Positions 19,244 to 30,755 are shown, counted from the stretch's first letter. The stretch is 64,000 bases of DNA from Deltaproteobacteria bacterium (GCA_040218735.1 JAVJQW010000050.1:32001-96000); one strand, 5' to 3'. Made by a program: numbers and translations. Notes: generated by a model not told the origin, from the letters alone.

Positions 19244-19924
19244 TCAGCGCTGCCAGCGACCGCCCGGGAGCAGGTACTTCAGCGCACCCGCGAGGTCCGC
19301 TTCGATGCGGTCCGGGTCGGCCGCGATCTGTTTGTCCTTGGTGCGGTGGCCGCCTTCGAGGAGCCAGACCTCGAAGCCCAGCGCGCGTGCCGCTTTCACG
19401 TCCGTCTCGGTGTCGCCGATCCACAGCGACTCCACCGGAGGGATCCGGTAGCGGTTCTTCACCAGCTGCGCCTTGTGTTTCCACCGCCCGTCCGGATCCG
19501 GGCGTCGCCCCTTCTTGGGGACGCCGGAGAGGATGGTGACGAAGTACTTCGACAGCCCCATCGACGCGACTTGGCTCTCCAGGTTCGTCGGGTCGCGCCG
19601 CAACGTGACCAACACGATCGGCGTCTTCGTGTAGAGCTTCCCGAGCGCCGTCTCGACGCCGGGGCGGAGGGTGTCGAGCGTCAGCAGCTCCGGGGTCTCG
19701 AGTCGCTCCTCGAAGCGCTCCTGGTAGACCTTGTACCGCGGCGGGAACAGCCGCGACCGCTTACAGATGTCCTGCCACGGTTTGTCCTCCAGCCGCAGGC
19801 CCCAGTACTCCTTCTTCGGGATCGCCTTGCCCTTGATCTCGGTCGACTCGATCACGTCGACGTACGCCGCGTAGTGCCGCGCGCTGTCGTCGATCAGGGT
19901 CCCATCGAAGTCGAGGAACAGCAC
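19244..19924 (-). CDS. HAD-family hydrolase (phosphoglycolate phosphatase-like)
   Basis: FLDFDGTL motif I and IGDTETD motif IV. Confidence 0.85.
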   Translation of the reverse strand: MLFLDFDGTLIDDSARHYAAYVDVIESTEIKGKAIPKKEYWGLRLEDKPWQDICKRSRLFPPRYKVYQERFEERLETPELLTLDTLRPGVETALGKLYTKTPIVLVTLRRDPTNLESQVASMGLSKYFVTILSGVPKKGRRPDPDGRWKHKAQLVKNRYRIPPVESLWIGDTETDVKAARALGFEVWLLEGGHRTKDKQIAADPDRIEADLAGALKYLLPGGRWQR

Positions 19925-19927
19925 GAC

Positions 19928-21217
19928 TCAGCTCCCCACCGCACGGTTGAGCGCACGGTGCGCGATGTCCTTGCGATACTGCATCCCGTCCCACGCGATC
20001 TCATTCACCGCGCGGTACGCGGTCTGCGTCGCCGCGAGCAGGTCGTCGCCGAGCGCCGTCACGCCCAACACACGGCCGCCCGCGGTGAGGATCTCGTCGC
20101 CCTCGGCGCGTGTCCCTGCGTGGAAGACCGTCACACCCTCGATCGCGGACGCCGCGGCGAGCCCGCGAATCACGTCGCCCTTCTTGGGGGACGTCGGGTA
20201 GCCCTCCGCGGCGAGCACGACGCACGTCGCAGCCTGGGCGCTCGCCGCGATCGTCGGACGCTCCCGTTCGTGCAGCTCGCCCGACGCCGCCGCGACGAAG
20301 AGCGCGTAAGCGTCCTCGTCGAGCCGCGGCAGGAGAACTTGCGCCTCCGGATCACCGAAGCGGACGTTGTACTCCAGCACCCGCGGCCCGTCCGCCGTCA
20401 GCATCAGCCCCGCGTACAACACCCCCGAGAACGGCGTCCCGCGCGAAGCCATGCAGTCGACGATCGGCTTCAGGCACGACTCGGTGACCTCGGCGAGCAG
20501 CGCGTCGGTCCCACGCGGCGCCGGCGAGTACGCCCCCATGCCACCGGTGTTCGGCCCCTCGTCGCCGTCGTAGGCACGTTTGTGGTCCTGCGAAGGGGCG
20601 AACAACGACACCGTCTTGCCGTCGGCCAGCGCGATCACCGACAGCTCCTCGCCCTCCAACCGTTCCTCGACGATCAGCTGCCGACCCGCTTCGCCGAACT
20701 TGCCGCCCAGCGTCTCGCGGATCGCCGCTTCGGCTTCGTCGATCGACGCGGCGACCACGACGCCCTTCCCCGCCGCGAGCCCGTCGGCCTTCACCACGGC
20801 GCCCGGCAGCGTGCGCGCGAACCCCACGGCGGCGTCGGCCTCGTCGAAGCGCCCCCACCGCGCGGTGGGCACCTTCGCCTCGTCCATCACGGTCTTCGCG
20901 AACGCCTTGCTCCCCTCGAGCTCCGCCGCCGCCCGACTCGGACCGAGCACCAAGATCCCCTCCGCGCGACACCGGTCCGCGAGCCCCGCGACGAGCGGCG
21001 CCTCCGGCCCGACCACGACGAGGTCGATCCCCTCCTGGCGCGCAAAGGCGACGAGGCCATCGACGTCACCGACCGAAATCGAGACACACGTCGCGACCGC
21101 TTCGATGCCCGCGTTGCCGGGCGCCGCGAACACCTTCGGGGCGCTCGGCGACCGCACGAGCGCGTCTACGAGCGCGTGTTCGCGCCCTCCTCCTCCGACC
21201 ACGAGAACCGACGGCAT
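19928..21217 (-). CDS. purD: Phosphoribosylamine-glycine ligase
   Basis: ATG 21217; GGGGREHA, KADGLAAGKGV, GPNTGGMGAY, EYNVRFGDPE. Confidence 0.97.
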   Translation of the reverse strand: MPSVLVVGGGGREHALVDALVRSPSAPKVFAAPGNAGIEAVATCVSISVGDVDGLVAFARQEGIDLVVVGPEAPLVAGLADRCRAEGILVLGPSRAAAELEGSKAFAKTVMDEAKVPTARWGRFDEADAAVGFARTLPGAVVKADGLAAGKGVVVAASIDEAEAAIRETLGGKFGEAGRQLIVEERLEGEELSVIALADGKTVSLFAPSQDHKRAYDGDEGPNTGGMGAYSPAPRGTDALLAEVTESCLKPIVDCMASRGTPFSGVLYAGLMLTADGPRVLEYNVRFGDPEAQVLLPRLDEDAYALFVAAASGELHERERPTIAASAQAATCVVLAAEGYPTSPKKGDVIRGLAAASAIEGVTVFHAGTRAEGDEILTAGGRVLGVTALGDDLLAATQTAYRAVNEIAWDGMQYRKDIAHRALNRAVGS

Positions 21218-21249
21218 GGTGGACTTGATCGGCGCTCGTCCCGACGAGG

Positions 21250-21276
21250 TCAAGCATCGCAAGGGTCGGCCGATGA
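21250..21276 (+). promoter_or_regulatory. Sigma28/FliA-like promoter
   Basis: TCAA-N15-GCCGATGA followed by GAGAGG and GTG 21289. Confidence 0.6.
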
Positions 21277-21288
21277 GAGAGGTCGGCC

Positions 21289-22446
21289 GTGTCCGCATCG
21301 TCCCACCGCACCGCTGCGCAGCTCGCCGCGGTGAGCCACGAGCTGCGCGGCCCCCTGAGCGGTGTCGCGAGCCTCGCGACGCTCCTCCTCGACGAAGGCG
21401 GCCTCAGCGCTCGGCAGACCCAGCTCGTACGCATCCTGGAGCGCTCCGCCGAAGACCTGGTCCGCCTCCTCGACGACCGCCTGACCTTCGAGAAGCTGGC
21501 GGCGCAGGCGGTCGAGCTCGAGCCACGCGCCTTCGACCTCGCGCGGAAGATCGACGACCTCGTGACCCTCCTCGGCGCGGCGTTCGGCTCCCAACGCACC
21601 GCCCTCCGCGTCGACTACCCGGACGCCGTTCCGCGGCTCTTCGTCACGGACCCGACCCGCCTCGGCCAAGTCCTGACGAACCTCCTCACCAACGCGCTGA
21701 AGTTCACGCCCTGCGGCGCCGTCACGATCCGTGTCCGCTACACGCCGAGGCTCGACGACGAAGGCGACCTCACCCTCCAGGTGATCGACACCGGCATCGG
21801 CATCCCCGCCGATCGGCGCAGCACGCTCTTCGAGCCGTACACCCAAGCGGAGGCCGCGACGACCCGCCGCTACGGCGGCACCGGCCTCGGCCTCGCCATC
21901 ACCGGGCACGTCGTCGCCGCGCTCGGCGGCACCATCGACGTCGACAGCCACGCGGGCGGCGGGTCCCTCTTCACCGTCCGCCTCCCGGTCCAGCTCGCCG
22001 ACACCCCGACGCTCCCCACGCGCGACATCGCGATCGACGCCAAGCTCGGCGCCGGAACCCGCGCGCTGGTCGTGGACGACGACGCGCTGTCCCTGTACGT
22101 CGCCGAGGAGCTGCTGCTCGCCTTCGGCTGCGAGGTCTACACCGCGGACGACGCCGAGAGCGCACGCGCGCTCCTTCGCCAACAGCCCGTCGATCTGGTG
22201 TTCCTCGACGGCCACCTCCCCGACGCGTGTGGCTACGACACGGGCCGCGAGCTGCGCGCGCGCTTCGGTGACGCGCTCCGCATCGTGGCGCTCACCGGCG
22301 AACGTGAGCAGGAGGGACGCGTGCGCGCACGCGACGCGGGCCTGGACGCCCACGTCGCCAAACCGGTGACGCCCGAGAGCCTCGAAGCGGTGCTGACCCG
22401 GTTCTCGGTCAGAGCCCGGCCGCCAGCAGCGTCCGACGCAGCGTGA
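21289..22446 (+). CDS. Hybrid histidine kinase (HisKA-HATPase-REC) without input domain
   Basis: SHELRGPL, NLLTNALKFT, DTGIGI, GGTGLGL; receiver VVDD...VFLD...KP. Confidence 0.9.
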   Translation: MSASSHRTAAQLAAVSHELRGPLSGVASLATLLLDEGGLSARQTQLVRILERSAEDLVRLLDDRLTFEKLAAQAVELEPRAFDLARKIDDLVTLLGAAFGSQRTALRVDYPDAVPRLFVTDPTRLGQVLTNLLTNALKFTPCGAVTIRVRYTPRLDDEGDLTLQVIDTGIGIPADRRSTLFEPYTQAEAATTRRYGGTGLGLAITGHVVAALGGTIDVDSHAGGGSLFTVRLPVQLADTPTLPTRDIAIDAKLGAGTRALVVDDDALSLYVAEELLLAFGCEVYTADDAESARALLRQQPVDLVFLDGHLPDACGYDTGRELRARFGDALRIVALTGEREQEGRVRARDAGLDAHVAKPVTPESLEAVLTRFSVRARPPAASDAA

Positions 22447-25162
22447 GGCTGTTCGGGTTCACGCGGAACGCCGTCTCCAGCTCACCGATCGCCGTGTTCC
22501 GGTTGGACCCTTCGAGGTCCATCGCCGCCAGCTCGACCTTCGCCGCGAGCAGCCCGGGGTTGCTGCGCAGCGCGGAGCCGAACTCGGTGCGCGCCTGTCG
22601 CTCCTTGCTCTGCTTCGCGAACGCACGCGCCTGCAGCAGCGAGCCGAGCGCGCTCCCGCGTTCGACCGCCTGCATCTTCGCTGTCGCCTGCACGGCCGTC
22701 GCCGCGTCGCCGCGGTCCAACGCGAGCTGCGCCTTGTACAGCAGCGCCGCGACGTTCGAGCCGTCGATCCGCAACGCGCGGTCCACGGCGGTGCGCGCCT
22801 GCGCGACGTCACCCATGTGGTAGTACAGGATCGCCATCGACGAGCTCGCGACCGAAGCGTTGCGCTCCTCCGTCGCCGAGCGCCGGAACTGATCGATCGC
22901 CTCCTTCACCGCGACGTCGAGCCACGACAGCAGCCCCTTCCGCGCCCGCGAGCGCGCCTCGTCGGGATCGACCTCCGCCGCCTGGCGCATCGAAGCGTAA
23001 GCCTGCGGCGACGCCCCCATCGACAGGAACACACCGGAGAGGATCCCGCGCAGCCGCGGATCCCGCGGGTCGTTCTGCACCGCCGTCTCGAGCGCCTTCA
23101 CCGCGGACTCCCGCGCGCCCTGCGCGACGAACGCCCGCGCCTGGAGCACCAGGGCGGCCGGCTCGCCGGGGCGGGCGTTCAACGCACGCCGCGCGTACGC
23201 GTGCGCGGTGGTCGCAGAGTTGGTCATCAGCGCCGCCTCGCCCCGCACGAGGAGTGAGACCGCGTCCTTCGGCGCGTACGACAGCGCCTTATCGGCGAGC
23301 ACCACGGCACGCTCCGGACGACGTCGCGACAGCTCGGCGCGCGCCCAACCACCGTACGCGCGCGCCGCGCGGCTGCCGTACATCGGTCGGTCCTGCGTCG
23401 CGGCGTCGTAAGCGCGGATCGCCTGCGTCGTCTGGCGCTCCTCCATCTTCAGCTCGGCGAGCGCGATCAGCGCGGCCTGTTTGTCACCCTCCAGGCTGCT
23501 CGCCTTGGTGTACGCGGCCTCCGCCTGCTCCAACATCGCGAGCTCGCGGTACAGGTCACCGAGGTTGCGGTTCACGACCGCATTCTCCGGGTCGACCTCC
23601 AAGCGCTTCTCGAGCATGTCGATCGCCGTCGCGTAGTGACCGACGCGCGCGTTTGCCAGCGCGAGGAAACGCTCCGCGCGCCGCAGCTCGGGACGGTACC
23701 GATGCGCCGCCGACGCCTCGGTGATCGCGAGCTGAACGTTGCCCTCCAGGTAACACTCGGCGAGCAGCAGCCGCGCGCGTGCGTCGGTGGAGTTCTTCTC
23801 GATCGCCTTGTCCGCGTTGGAGCGACAGTTCGGGAGGTCGCCCTTCGCGAGCGCGACCGAACCGAGCGCGCGATAACCGTCCGGGAGATCCGAGGCGATG
23901 TCGATCGCGTACTGCGCCGCCGCCTCCGCCACGCGCCGCTCCTTGACCGACGCGCTGTCGAAGCGCCACACCGCGAGGTTCTCGACGTACCCCGCGATCG
24001 CGCGTGCGTCCGACTCGTCGAGCAACAGCGCCCGCTCGTACGCCTGCTCCGCCTGCTGGTACCCGTTCCAGGTGTCCTCCAGGTGCCGCGTCCGCGCGGT
24101 GACGAGGTGCTCGTCCGCGGTCCCGCTCACGTCGGGGTGCGCGAGCCGCCAGTTTGCGACGTATCGTTTGAGGGGGTTGGGCCCCGTCGGACCGAGCGCC
24201 GTCGGCCCGGCCACGATGCCCTGATAGATGCGCTCGATCAGATCGCGCTGCGAGTACGCGACGAACCCGAGCCCGCCGATCACCGCGAGCACGATCAGCG
24301 GCGTGACGATGCGCGACAGATCCATCGACCGCCGCGGCGCTGCGTAGCTCCCCTTCGGCGCGACGGAGACCTGCCCGCCGACGGACAGACTCGCGAGGTA
24401 CGCGATCTCCTTGAAGCGCCCGATCGGTGCGAAATTGATCCCGTCGTTCGAGAAGTCCGCCGACGGCGACAGCTCACCCGAGCGCACGCGCGCGCGGAGG
24501 TCCTCAAGCGTCAACGGCCCTTCCGTTCGCCCGTCCGGCGTTCGAACGTGCCAGTTCGCGACGGACGGTGCGGCCGGGCCGTCGTCGATGTCGGCGCTGC
24601 GGCGGTCGCGCTGGTGCGCCTCACACAGCCCGATCACCTTGTCGAACTCGTCCGTCAGCGGCGTGCCGCACACCTGACAGGACGCGTCCGGCTCGTCGAA
24701 CGGCTGGCCTCCGCCGCTCGTCATGCCCGGCGGCGGCGGCGGGATGTTGCCGCTGTCGTGGGGCACGGACAGATCCGACGCGAGCGACGCGCCACCCTGC
24801 GGCGGCGACGACGGAAACGCCGCGGGCACCGTGGGCTCCTGGCTCCCCCCGAAGGGCGAGCCACCACCGAACGGCGACGCGCCGAACGGTGAAGCGCTCT
24901 CACCCCCGAAGGGCGGAGGCGCACCACCTCCGGACGGGCCACCGCCTCCGGGCGGACCACCACCGAACGGAACGGAGTCGAAGTCTCCGATCTGCCCCGG
25001 CGCCGACGGCGGCGGGGGTGGCGGCGGCGACGCCGAGGCGTCTCCACGTTTCACCAACTTCACGTGTCCGCAGTACGGACACTGGGCACCGATCGGCTGA
25101 TCCGACAGCTGACTGTCGTCGATCGTGTAGGTCGCGTTACAGACCTCGCACTCGATCCTCAT
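22409..25162 (-). CDS. Zinc-ribbon/GYF-like/TM/TPR protein
   Basis: CEVC...CPYC N-terminal finger; Pro/Gly linker; second CQVC...CEAH; [14 protein letters not shown] (GYF_2-like); TM helix; many TPRs. Confidence 0.85.
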   Translation of the reverse strand: MRIECEVCNATYTIDDSQLSDQPIGAQCPYCGHVKLVKRGDASASPPPPPPPSAPGQIGDFDSVPFGGGPPGGGGPSGGGAPPPFGGESASPFGASPFGGGSPFGGSQEPTVPAAFPSSPPQGGASLASDLSVPHDSGNIPPPPPGMTSGGGQPFDEPDASCQVCGTPLTDEFDKVIGLCEAHQRDRRSADIDDGPAAPSVANWHVRTPDGRTEGPLTLEDLRARVRSGELSPSADFSNDGINFAPIGRFKEIAYLASLSVGGQVSVAPKGSYAAPRRSMDLSRIVTPLIVLAVIGGLGFVAYSQRDLIERIYQGIVAGPTALGPTGPNPLKRYVANWRLAHPDVSGTADEHLVTARTRHLEDTWNGYQQAEQAYERALLLDESDARAIAGYVENLAVWRFDSASVKERRVAEAAAQYAIDIASDLPDGYRALGSVALAKGDLPNCRSNADKAIEKNSTDARARLLLAECYLEGNVQLAITEASAAHRYRPELRRAERFLALANARVGHYATAIDMLEKRLEVDPENAVVNRNLGDLYRELAMLEQAEAAYTKASSLEGDKQAALIALAELKMEERQTTQAIRAYDAATQDRPMYGSRAARAYGGWARAELSRRRPERAVVLADKALSYAPKDAVSLLVRGEAALMTNSATTAHAYARRALNARPGEPAALVLQARAFVAQGARESAVKALETAVQNDPRDPRLRGILSGVFLSMGASPQAYASMRQAAEVDPDEARSRARKGLLSWLDVAVKEAIDQFRRSATEERNASVASSSMAILYYHMGDVAQARTAVDRALRIDGSNVAALLYKAQLALDRGDAATAVQATAKMQAVERGSALGSLLQARAFAKQSKERQARTEFGSALRSNPGLLAAKVELAAMDLEGSNRNTAIGELETAFRVNPNSLTLRRTLLAAGL

Positions 25163-25185
25163 CTACGAACTCCCGCCTCCACCAC

Positions 25186-26772
25186 TCAGTGGCGGAAGTG
25201 TCGCACGCCCGTGAAGACCATCGCTATACCGTGCTCGTTCGCGGCCGCGATGACCTCCTCGTCGCGCTTGCTCCCCCCGGGTTGGGCGATCGCCGTCGCG
25301 CCCGCCTCCGCCAGGACATCGACCCCATCACGGAACGGGAAGAACGCGTCCGAGGCCACGACGGTGCCCTTCAGGGCCTCACCGGCCTTCAGCCCGCAGA
25401 TCTTCACCGCGTCCACCCGACTCATCTGACCGGCGCCGACCCCCACCAGGCGGTCGGCCTGCCCGAATACGATCGCGTTCGACCGCACGTGTTTGGCCGC
25501 GACCCACGTGAACGCCAGCCCGGCCAGCTCCGCCTCCGTCGGCGCACGCTCCGTCACGACCTTCGCCTCCGCGATCTCCGTGACGATCCGCGATCCACTG
25601 TCCTTGGTCTGCAACAACGCACCGCCGCGCACCAGCCGCAGGTCGACCTCCGGCCTCTTCGCGACCGCCCACGACGCCTCGTCGAGCTTCAGCACCCTCA
25701 GGTTCTTCTTCTTCGCGAGCACCGCGAGCGCCGCCTCGTCGTAGCCGGGCGCGATGATCGCCTCGACGAAGCTCTCCGTGAGCGCCGCCGCTGCGGCCTC
25801 GTCGAGCGGGCGGTTCACCGCCACCACGGATCCGAACGCCGACAACGCGTCACAGTCGCGCGCCGTGCGGATCGCCGCGGGCACGTCCTTCGCGCACGCC
25901 GCCCCGCACGGGTTGTTGTGTTTGATGAACACCGCGACCGGGTCCGACTGCACGGCCCCCAGATCGATCGCGAGCCCCAACGCGCTGTCCGCGTCGAGCA
26001 GGTTGTTGAACGACAGCGCCTTGCCCTGGAGCGTCTCGGTCGCGGAGAAGAACGACGGCGCCTCCCCCACCGGCCGGTAGAACGCCGCCGCCTGGTGCGG
26101 GTTCTCGCCGTAGCGCAGCTCGAGGACCCGCTCGTAGGACTTCGTGATCTGGGCGGGCGCCTCCACGGGACCGTCCGACACCTGACGCTCGAAGTACGCC
26201 GCGACCTCCGCGTCGTAGCGCGCCGTGTGGGTGTAGACGTCCCGCGCGAGGCGCCGCCGCGTCGACGCGTCGATGTCCTCCCCCGCCTCGAGCCGGTCGA
26301 GGATCGGCGCGTAGTCGTCAGGCTTCGTCAGGACCACGACCTGCGCGTGGTTCTTCGCCGCCGCGCGCAGCAGCGTCGGGCCGCCGATGTCGATCTCTTC
26401 GACCGTGGCCTCGAAGTCCGCGCCCCGCGCCACCGCGCCGGAGAAGTCGTAGAGGTTCACGGCGACCAGGTCGATGTAGCCGATGCCGTGCGACTCGACC
26501 TGCGCCACGTGGCTGTCCAGGTCGCGCCGCGCCAAGATCCCGCCGTGCACCTTGGGGTGCAGCGTCTTCACGCGGCCGTCCAACATCTCCGGCGACCCCG
26601 TGTAGTCGCCGAGCCGCGTGACCGGGACACCCGCGGCCTCGATCGCCTTGGCGGTGCCGCCCGTCGAGATGATCTCGGTCCCGAGCGCCGCGAGGCGCCG
26701 GGCCAGATCCGCGATGTGGGTCTTGTCCGTAACGGAGAGGAGCGCGCGACGAATGCGTGGCTGGTCGGTCAC
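25186..26772 (-). CDS. purH: Bifunctional AICAR transformylase/IMP cyclohydrolase
   Basis: [41 protein letters not shown]. Confidence 0.98.
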   Translation of the reverse strand: MTDQPRIRRALLSVTDKTHIADLARRLAALGTEIISTGGTAKAIEAAGVPVTRLGDYTGSPEMLDGRVKTLHPKVHGGILARRDLDSHVAQVESHGIGYIDLVAVNLYDFSGAVARGADFEATVEEIDIGGPTLLRAAAKNHAQVVVLTKPDDYAPILDRLEAGEDIDASTRRRLARDVYTHTARYDAEVAAYFERQVSDGPVEAPAQITKSYERVLELRYGENPHQAAAFYRPVGEAPSFFSATETLQGKALSFNNLLDADSALGLAIDLGAVQSDPVAVFIKHNNPCGAACAKDVPAAIRTARDCDALSAFGSVVAVNRPLDEAAAAALTESFVEAIIAPGYDEAALAVLAKKKNLRVLKLDEASWAVAKRPEVDLRLVRGGALLQTKDSGSRIVTEIAEAKVVTERAPTEAELAGLAFTWVAAKHVRSNAIVFGQADRLVGVGAGQMSRVDAVKICGLKAGEALKGTVVASDAFFPFRDGVDVLAEAGATAIAQPGGSKRDEEVIAAANEHGIAMVFTGVRHFRH

Positions 26773-26820
26773 GGGCCTCGGTCTACAACATACGCGCGGC
26801 GCCGGCCACCGCCCTCGGGG

Positions 26821-27489
26821 CTACTCCTGGAGGACGGGCAGACGCGCCTGACCCGCAGGGGAAGGCCCACCGACCGGCAGCTCGCGACCGTCCAGGAAGG
26901 TCTCCAGCGCGACTTCACCCTCGCGTAGCTTGTCGAGGCCGCTGACCTCGACCTGACGGATCCGCTCGCGCGTGAGGTTCATGATGTCCCCCACCTCCTC
27001 GAGCGTGATGCCGCCGCGCTCCGCGACGTCGAGCGCGCAGGTCTGCGCGAGCTCCCAGACCTCTTTGTCCGGGAAGTTGATCTTGATGGACCCCGTCACC
27101 GGATTCACGTCCAGGTAGAGGTGGTAGCGGCAGGAGACGTACAGGCACGGGCGCTTCGCCTCGCGGCACTCGCTGCGGTGCCCGGGGCGGTCGTACGCCA
27201 AGATCTCCGGGAGGGTCCCCTGCGCCAACATCCGCCGACGCTCGCGGAGCATCTGCTTGCGCGCGATCGTCTTGCTGCGACGGCGATCCTTGTCGCCGGA
27301 CTCACCTTCCGGGACCTCGTCCGCGACCTCTTCGGCCGCCTCGACCTCTTCCGCCTCGACCGGTTGGGGCGGCTCGGTCAGGTACTCACTCGCGGGCAGG
27401 CTGCTGTCGTTGTGCCAGGGGTCCTGATCCGCCTGGTCCACCCACTTCACCTGCTTGCCGCCCTCACCCGATGAGCTCCCCACGGACAT
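26821..27489 (-). CDS. Stand-alone sigma70 region-4 DNA-binding protein with Cys/His cluster
   Basis: [17 protein letters not shown]...TCALD, then [20 protein letters not shown]. Confidence 0.8.
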   Translation of the reverse strand: MSVGSSSGEGGKQVKWVDQADQDPWHNDSSLPASEYLTEPPQPVEAEEVEAAEEVADEVPEGESGDKDRRRSKTIARKQMLRERRRMLAQGTLPEILAYDRPGHRSECREAKRPCLYVSCRYHLYLDVNPVTGSIKINFPDKEVWELAQTCALDVAERGGITLEEVGDIMNLTRERIRQVEVSGLDKLREGEVALETFLDGRELPVGGPSPAGQARLPVLQE

Positions 27490-28106
27490 TAGCGTGCTCC
27501 TCGGCGTTTCGTCTTGGACGCCTTCTTCTTCGCGCGCGGCTTCTTCGCCGGCGCCTTCTTGGTCGTCGCCGCCTTCGCGGACGCCTTCGGCGCGGCCTTC
27601 TTCTGCGTGGCCTTCGCCTCCGCCGCCTGGATGTCCGTCGTGAGACGGTCCAGCGCCTTCAGCCAGTCCTTCGCATCCTTCTCGAGCTTCTTCAGCTGGC
27701 TCTTGAGCTTGGAGCGGCTCGTCCGATCCAGCTCGCGGGCGCCGAGGTCCTGCTCCGCCGCTTCGACGGCTTCCTCGAGCGAGACCCGCGCGTGCGACAG
27801 CTTCGCGCGCGTCGCCTGCGCCGCCTTCGCGAGATCCTCCAGCGTCGCGCCGTCCTTCATGGCCCGACGGATCTCGTCGACACGGCGGACGACCTCGACC
27901 GGATAGATCCCTCGGGACCCGCGGTGTTTGCCCTTCTGCCCCACGCGACGGCTGCGCGGGAGCAACCCGAGCTGCACGTACTTGCGAAGTGTGGCTTCGG
28001 AGAGCTTGGCTCCGGCACCTCGGAACACTTCCAAGATCTGCTGGGACGACAGGCCGTCGGCGTTGACTCGTTCGATTTCGGCGATCTGCCGTGAGCTCAG
28101 GGACAC
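27489..28106 (-). CDS. MerR-like HTH protein with coiled coil and Lys/Ala-rich histone-like tail
   Basis: [15 protein letters not shown]...GIYP; tail [21 protein letters not shown]. Confidence 0.75.
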   Translation of the reverse strand: MSLSSRQIAEIERVNADGLSSQQILEVFRGAGAKLSEATLRKYVQLGLLPRSRRVGQKGKHRGSRGIYPVEVVRRVDEIRRAMKDGATLEDLAKAAQATRAKLSHARVSLEEAVEAAEQDLGARELDRTSRSKLKSQLKKLEKDAKDWLKALDRLTTDIQAAEAKATQKKAAPKASAKAATTKKAPAKKPRAKKKASKTKRRGAR

Positions 28107-28131
28107 TGAGATCTACCCTCTTGGCCAGGAA

Positions 28132-28180
28132 AATTAGGGCCGCCCAAAGATCAAGTCAAGCCCTCCAATGTAAAACATCG
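28132..28180 (-). promoter_or_regulatory. Sigma70 promoter with upstream palindrome
   Basis: Minus strand TTGACT-N17-TAATTT; near-palindrome CAATGT-AAA-ACATCG at 28166-28180 in an AT-rich patch. Confidence 0.55.
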
Positions 28181-28236
28181 AATGGAATGGATCCAAAGGA
28201 CCCCATTCAAACGAAACTACTCAGTGGATCCGAACT

Positions 28237-28875
28237 TCAGGGCGCCTCGAGATCGAAGAAGACGGTGTCGTTGGCCGAGGCCTTCACTTCGATCCCCTCG
28301 ATGCACTTCGTCCCCATCACGTTGCCGTTCCCCTGCCGCTCGGACATCGCCTGCACGAACAGCAGCCGGTTGGATCCCACCTCGAACGACATCACCCCGA
28401 TGACCACGCCGGCCGGATCCGCGCTCTCGTTCGGGAAGCGCGCAAAGCGCGAGTTCGGTGCGTTCAACCGATCGTTGTCGAGGAACGAACACGTCGACAG
28501 CAGCGCCGCGCACGTCATCGTCCCGCCGTCCGCCATCGTCGGGTTGAACGAAGTGATCGTGTAGCTCTTCGCCCCCGCCGTCGCCGGCGGGACGCCGAAC
28601 TGAAACTGCACGTCGACGAGGCTCATCTCGCGGCACGCCCCCGACTCACACACGTGACTGTCGGACCGCGACGGGCACGCCGAGCAGAACTCGACCGCCG
28701 TGAAGTTCTGCGCGCCCGAACCGCACTCGCGGTTCGAAACACACTCGCTCCCCGCCGGGGAGCCCGCGGTACCGCACATCGTCGGCGTCACCGAGTCGTC
28801 ACCCGAGCCGTCGTCGCCGGAGCCGCAGGCCACGAGGCCCGTCGCCAGGATCGACATCCACACGTATCGCTTCAT
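28237..28875 (-). CDS. Cys-rich lipoprotein
   Basis: ATG 28875; lipobox LVAC; several Cys. Confidence 0.75.
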   Translation of the reverse strand: MKRYVWMSILATGLVACGSGDDGSGDDSVTPTMCGTAGSPAGSECVSNRECGSGAQNFTAVEFCSACPSRSDSHVCESGACREMSLVDVQFQFGVPPATAGAKSYTITSFNPTMADGGTMTCAALLSTCSFLDNDRLNAPNSRFARFPNESADPAGVVIGVMSFEVGSNRLLFVQAMSERQGNGNVMGTKCIEGIEVKASANDTVFFDLEAP

Positions 28876-28916
28876 CGCGCGCAGAGGATCACGAACCACC
28901 CCGCGCCGAACATCGG

Positions 28917-30755
28917 TCAGCCGCGGTCGAGATCGACTTCGATCTTCTTCGACTTGCCGGCCTTGAGGTTCACCGTGCGCACCGCGGGCGGCAGCCCGTC
29001 GACCTCGACGCGGACCTTCACCGGACGACCGCTCGGGACATCCTTGAGCACCATCGGCGTCACGCGATCCGCGACCGGGAGCTCATCGACGACGACCCTT
29101 GCGCCCGGGGGCATCGTCGTGATTCGGAGCGTCGCCGCCTTCTCGAGCACAAACGGGATTCGTCGGACCTCGGCCGCGACGCTCGCCTTCACGACGGCGT
29201 GTTTACGCGCGAAGCCGTCCTTGCGGACCACGATGCGGTACTCGATGTCGGGGATCAGCTCGACCTCGACCGGCGTCGGATCCTTCACCGGCTGTTCGTC
29301 CAACAGCACCACCGCGCCGGGGGGCGTCGTTTCGATCCGGTACTTCGAAGTCAGCTGCTTCGGCGGCGCCTCGGGCGGGGACACGATCGGCATCCACCGA
29401 TCCCGATACTCGTAGGCGCCGTACCCCGCGCCGCCGAGCACGAGCAGGAGCAGCGCGAGGATCAGCGGCGCCTTCGACCGGGGCGGCTGATGGACCGGCG
29501 TCGGCAGCGGCGTGGATCGTTTGGTCTGCGACGGGCGCGGCGTCGGCGGTCCGATCGGCTCCGCGAGCGCCGGGACGTCCGATCCGCTCTGCGACAGATC
29601 GATCATCCGCGGGCCCTTCGACGCCTTGCGCTCCTGCGCCGGCGGCGGCGTCCGCTTCTCGCGGGTCTCCCAGGACTTCGGCACGGCGCGTAGCTGCGGG
29701 CGCTGCCGCTTGCCCTTCATCGTGACGCCGAAGACCTCTTCGTACTTCTGCGCCGCGTCCATGTTCTCGATCGTCGGACGCGAGCTCTTCTTCCCCGCCG
29801 GCTCCACCACGCGCCCGGACGTCGCCTGCTCCGGATTCTCGACGCGCCCCTCCACGAGGTCCTTGATGTACGCGGCGAGCGCGGCCTGCCCCGCGTAGTG
29901 CGTCATCGCCGCCTGGAAACGCTCCAGCGCGATGTGCATGTCCTGGCTGGTGATGTAGCGATCCTGCGGTTGGATCGCGAGGGAGGTCTCGAGGATCTCC
30001 TGGAACTGCCGGGGCACCTCGGAGCGGAACGTCTCGACGGATCGCACCGGGCGTGTCGGCGCATAGTTCGGCGCGCGATCGAGGTTCGGATCGTGGAGCC
30101 GCTCGTTCGTCATCAGCTCCCACAGACAGATGCCGAGCGAGAAGGTGTCGGAGCGCCCGTCGACCTGCTCGCCGCGGGACTGCTCCGGGCTCATGTAACC
30201 GAACTTGCCGACGGCGCCCTTCGCCTGCACACGCGTCAGTCCGGCGCGCGCCTTCGCGATCCCGAAGTCGACGATCTTCACGCTCCCGTCGATGGAGACG
30301 ATCAGGTTGTGCGGTGAGACGTCGCGGTGCACGAGGCCGAGGCTCACGCCGTTCGCGTCGGTCAGCATGTGGGCGTAATGCAGCCCCTGGCACACCTGAC
30401 TCGCGATACACGCGATGTGCTGCAGCGGCATGAACTGCCCGATCGACTTCAGCTTCCGACGGATGTCGTCCACCGTGTAGCCGGGCACGTACTCCATCGC
30501 GATGTAGTAGATGTCGTCGACGAGACCGAAGTCGTAGACCTGCGCGATGTTCGGATGATTGAGCAGCGCCGCGAGGCGCGCTTCGTCGAGGAAGAGCTGG
30601 ACGAACGCGCGGTCCTTCGCAAGCTGCGGCAGGACGCACTTGAGGACGACCGGCTTGACGAACCCTTCGGGACCGATCTTCTCGCCGAGATAGACCTCGC
30701 CCATCCCGCCGACCGCGAGCCGCTTGCGCAGGCGGTAACTACCGAGCTGGTCCAC
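28917..30755 (-). CDS. Membrane Ser/Thr protein kinase with PEGA domains
   Basis: GGMGEVY, HRDVSPHN, DFGIAK, YMSPE; TM helix; two TxPPGAxV PEGA units. Confidence 0.93.
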   Translation of the reverse strand: MDQLGSYRLRKRLAVGGMGEVYLGEKIGPEGFVKPVVLKCVLPQLAKDRAFVQLFLDEARLAALLNHPNIAQVYDFGLVDDIYYIAMEYVPGYTVDDIRRKLKSIGQFMPLQHIACIASQVCQGLHYAHMLTDANGVSLGLVHRDVSPHNLIVSIDGSVKIVDFGIAKARAGLTRVQAKGAVGKFGYMSPEQSRGEQVDGRSDTFSLGICLWELMTNERLHDPNLDRAPNYAPTRPVRSVETFRSEVPRQFQEILETSLAIQPQDRYITSQDMHIALERFQAAMTHYAGQAALAAYIKDLVEGRVENPEQATSGRVVEPAGKKSSRPTIENMDAAQKYEEVFGVTMKGKRQRPQLRAVPKSWETREKRTPPPAQERKASKGPRMIDLSQSGSDVPALAEPIGPPTPRPSQTKRSTPLPTPVHQPPRSKAPLILALLLLVLGGAGYGAYEYRDRWMPIVSPPEAPPKQLTSKYRIETTPPGAVVLLDEQPVKDPTPVEVELIPDIEYRIVVRKDGFARKHAVVKASVAAEVRRIPFVLEKAATLRITTMPPGARVVVDELPVADRVTPMVLKDVPSGRPVKVRVEVDGLPPAVRTVNLKAGKSKKIEVDLDRG

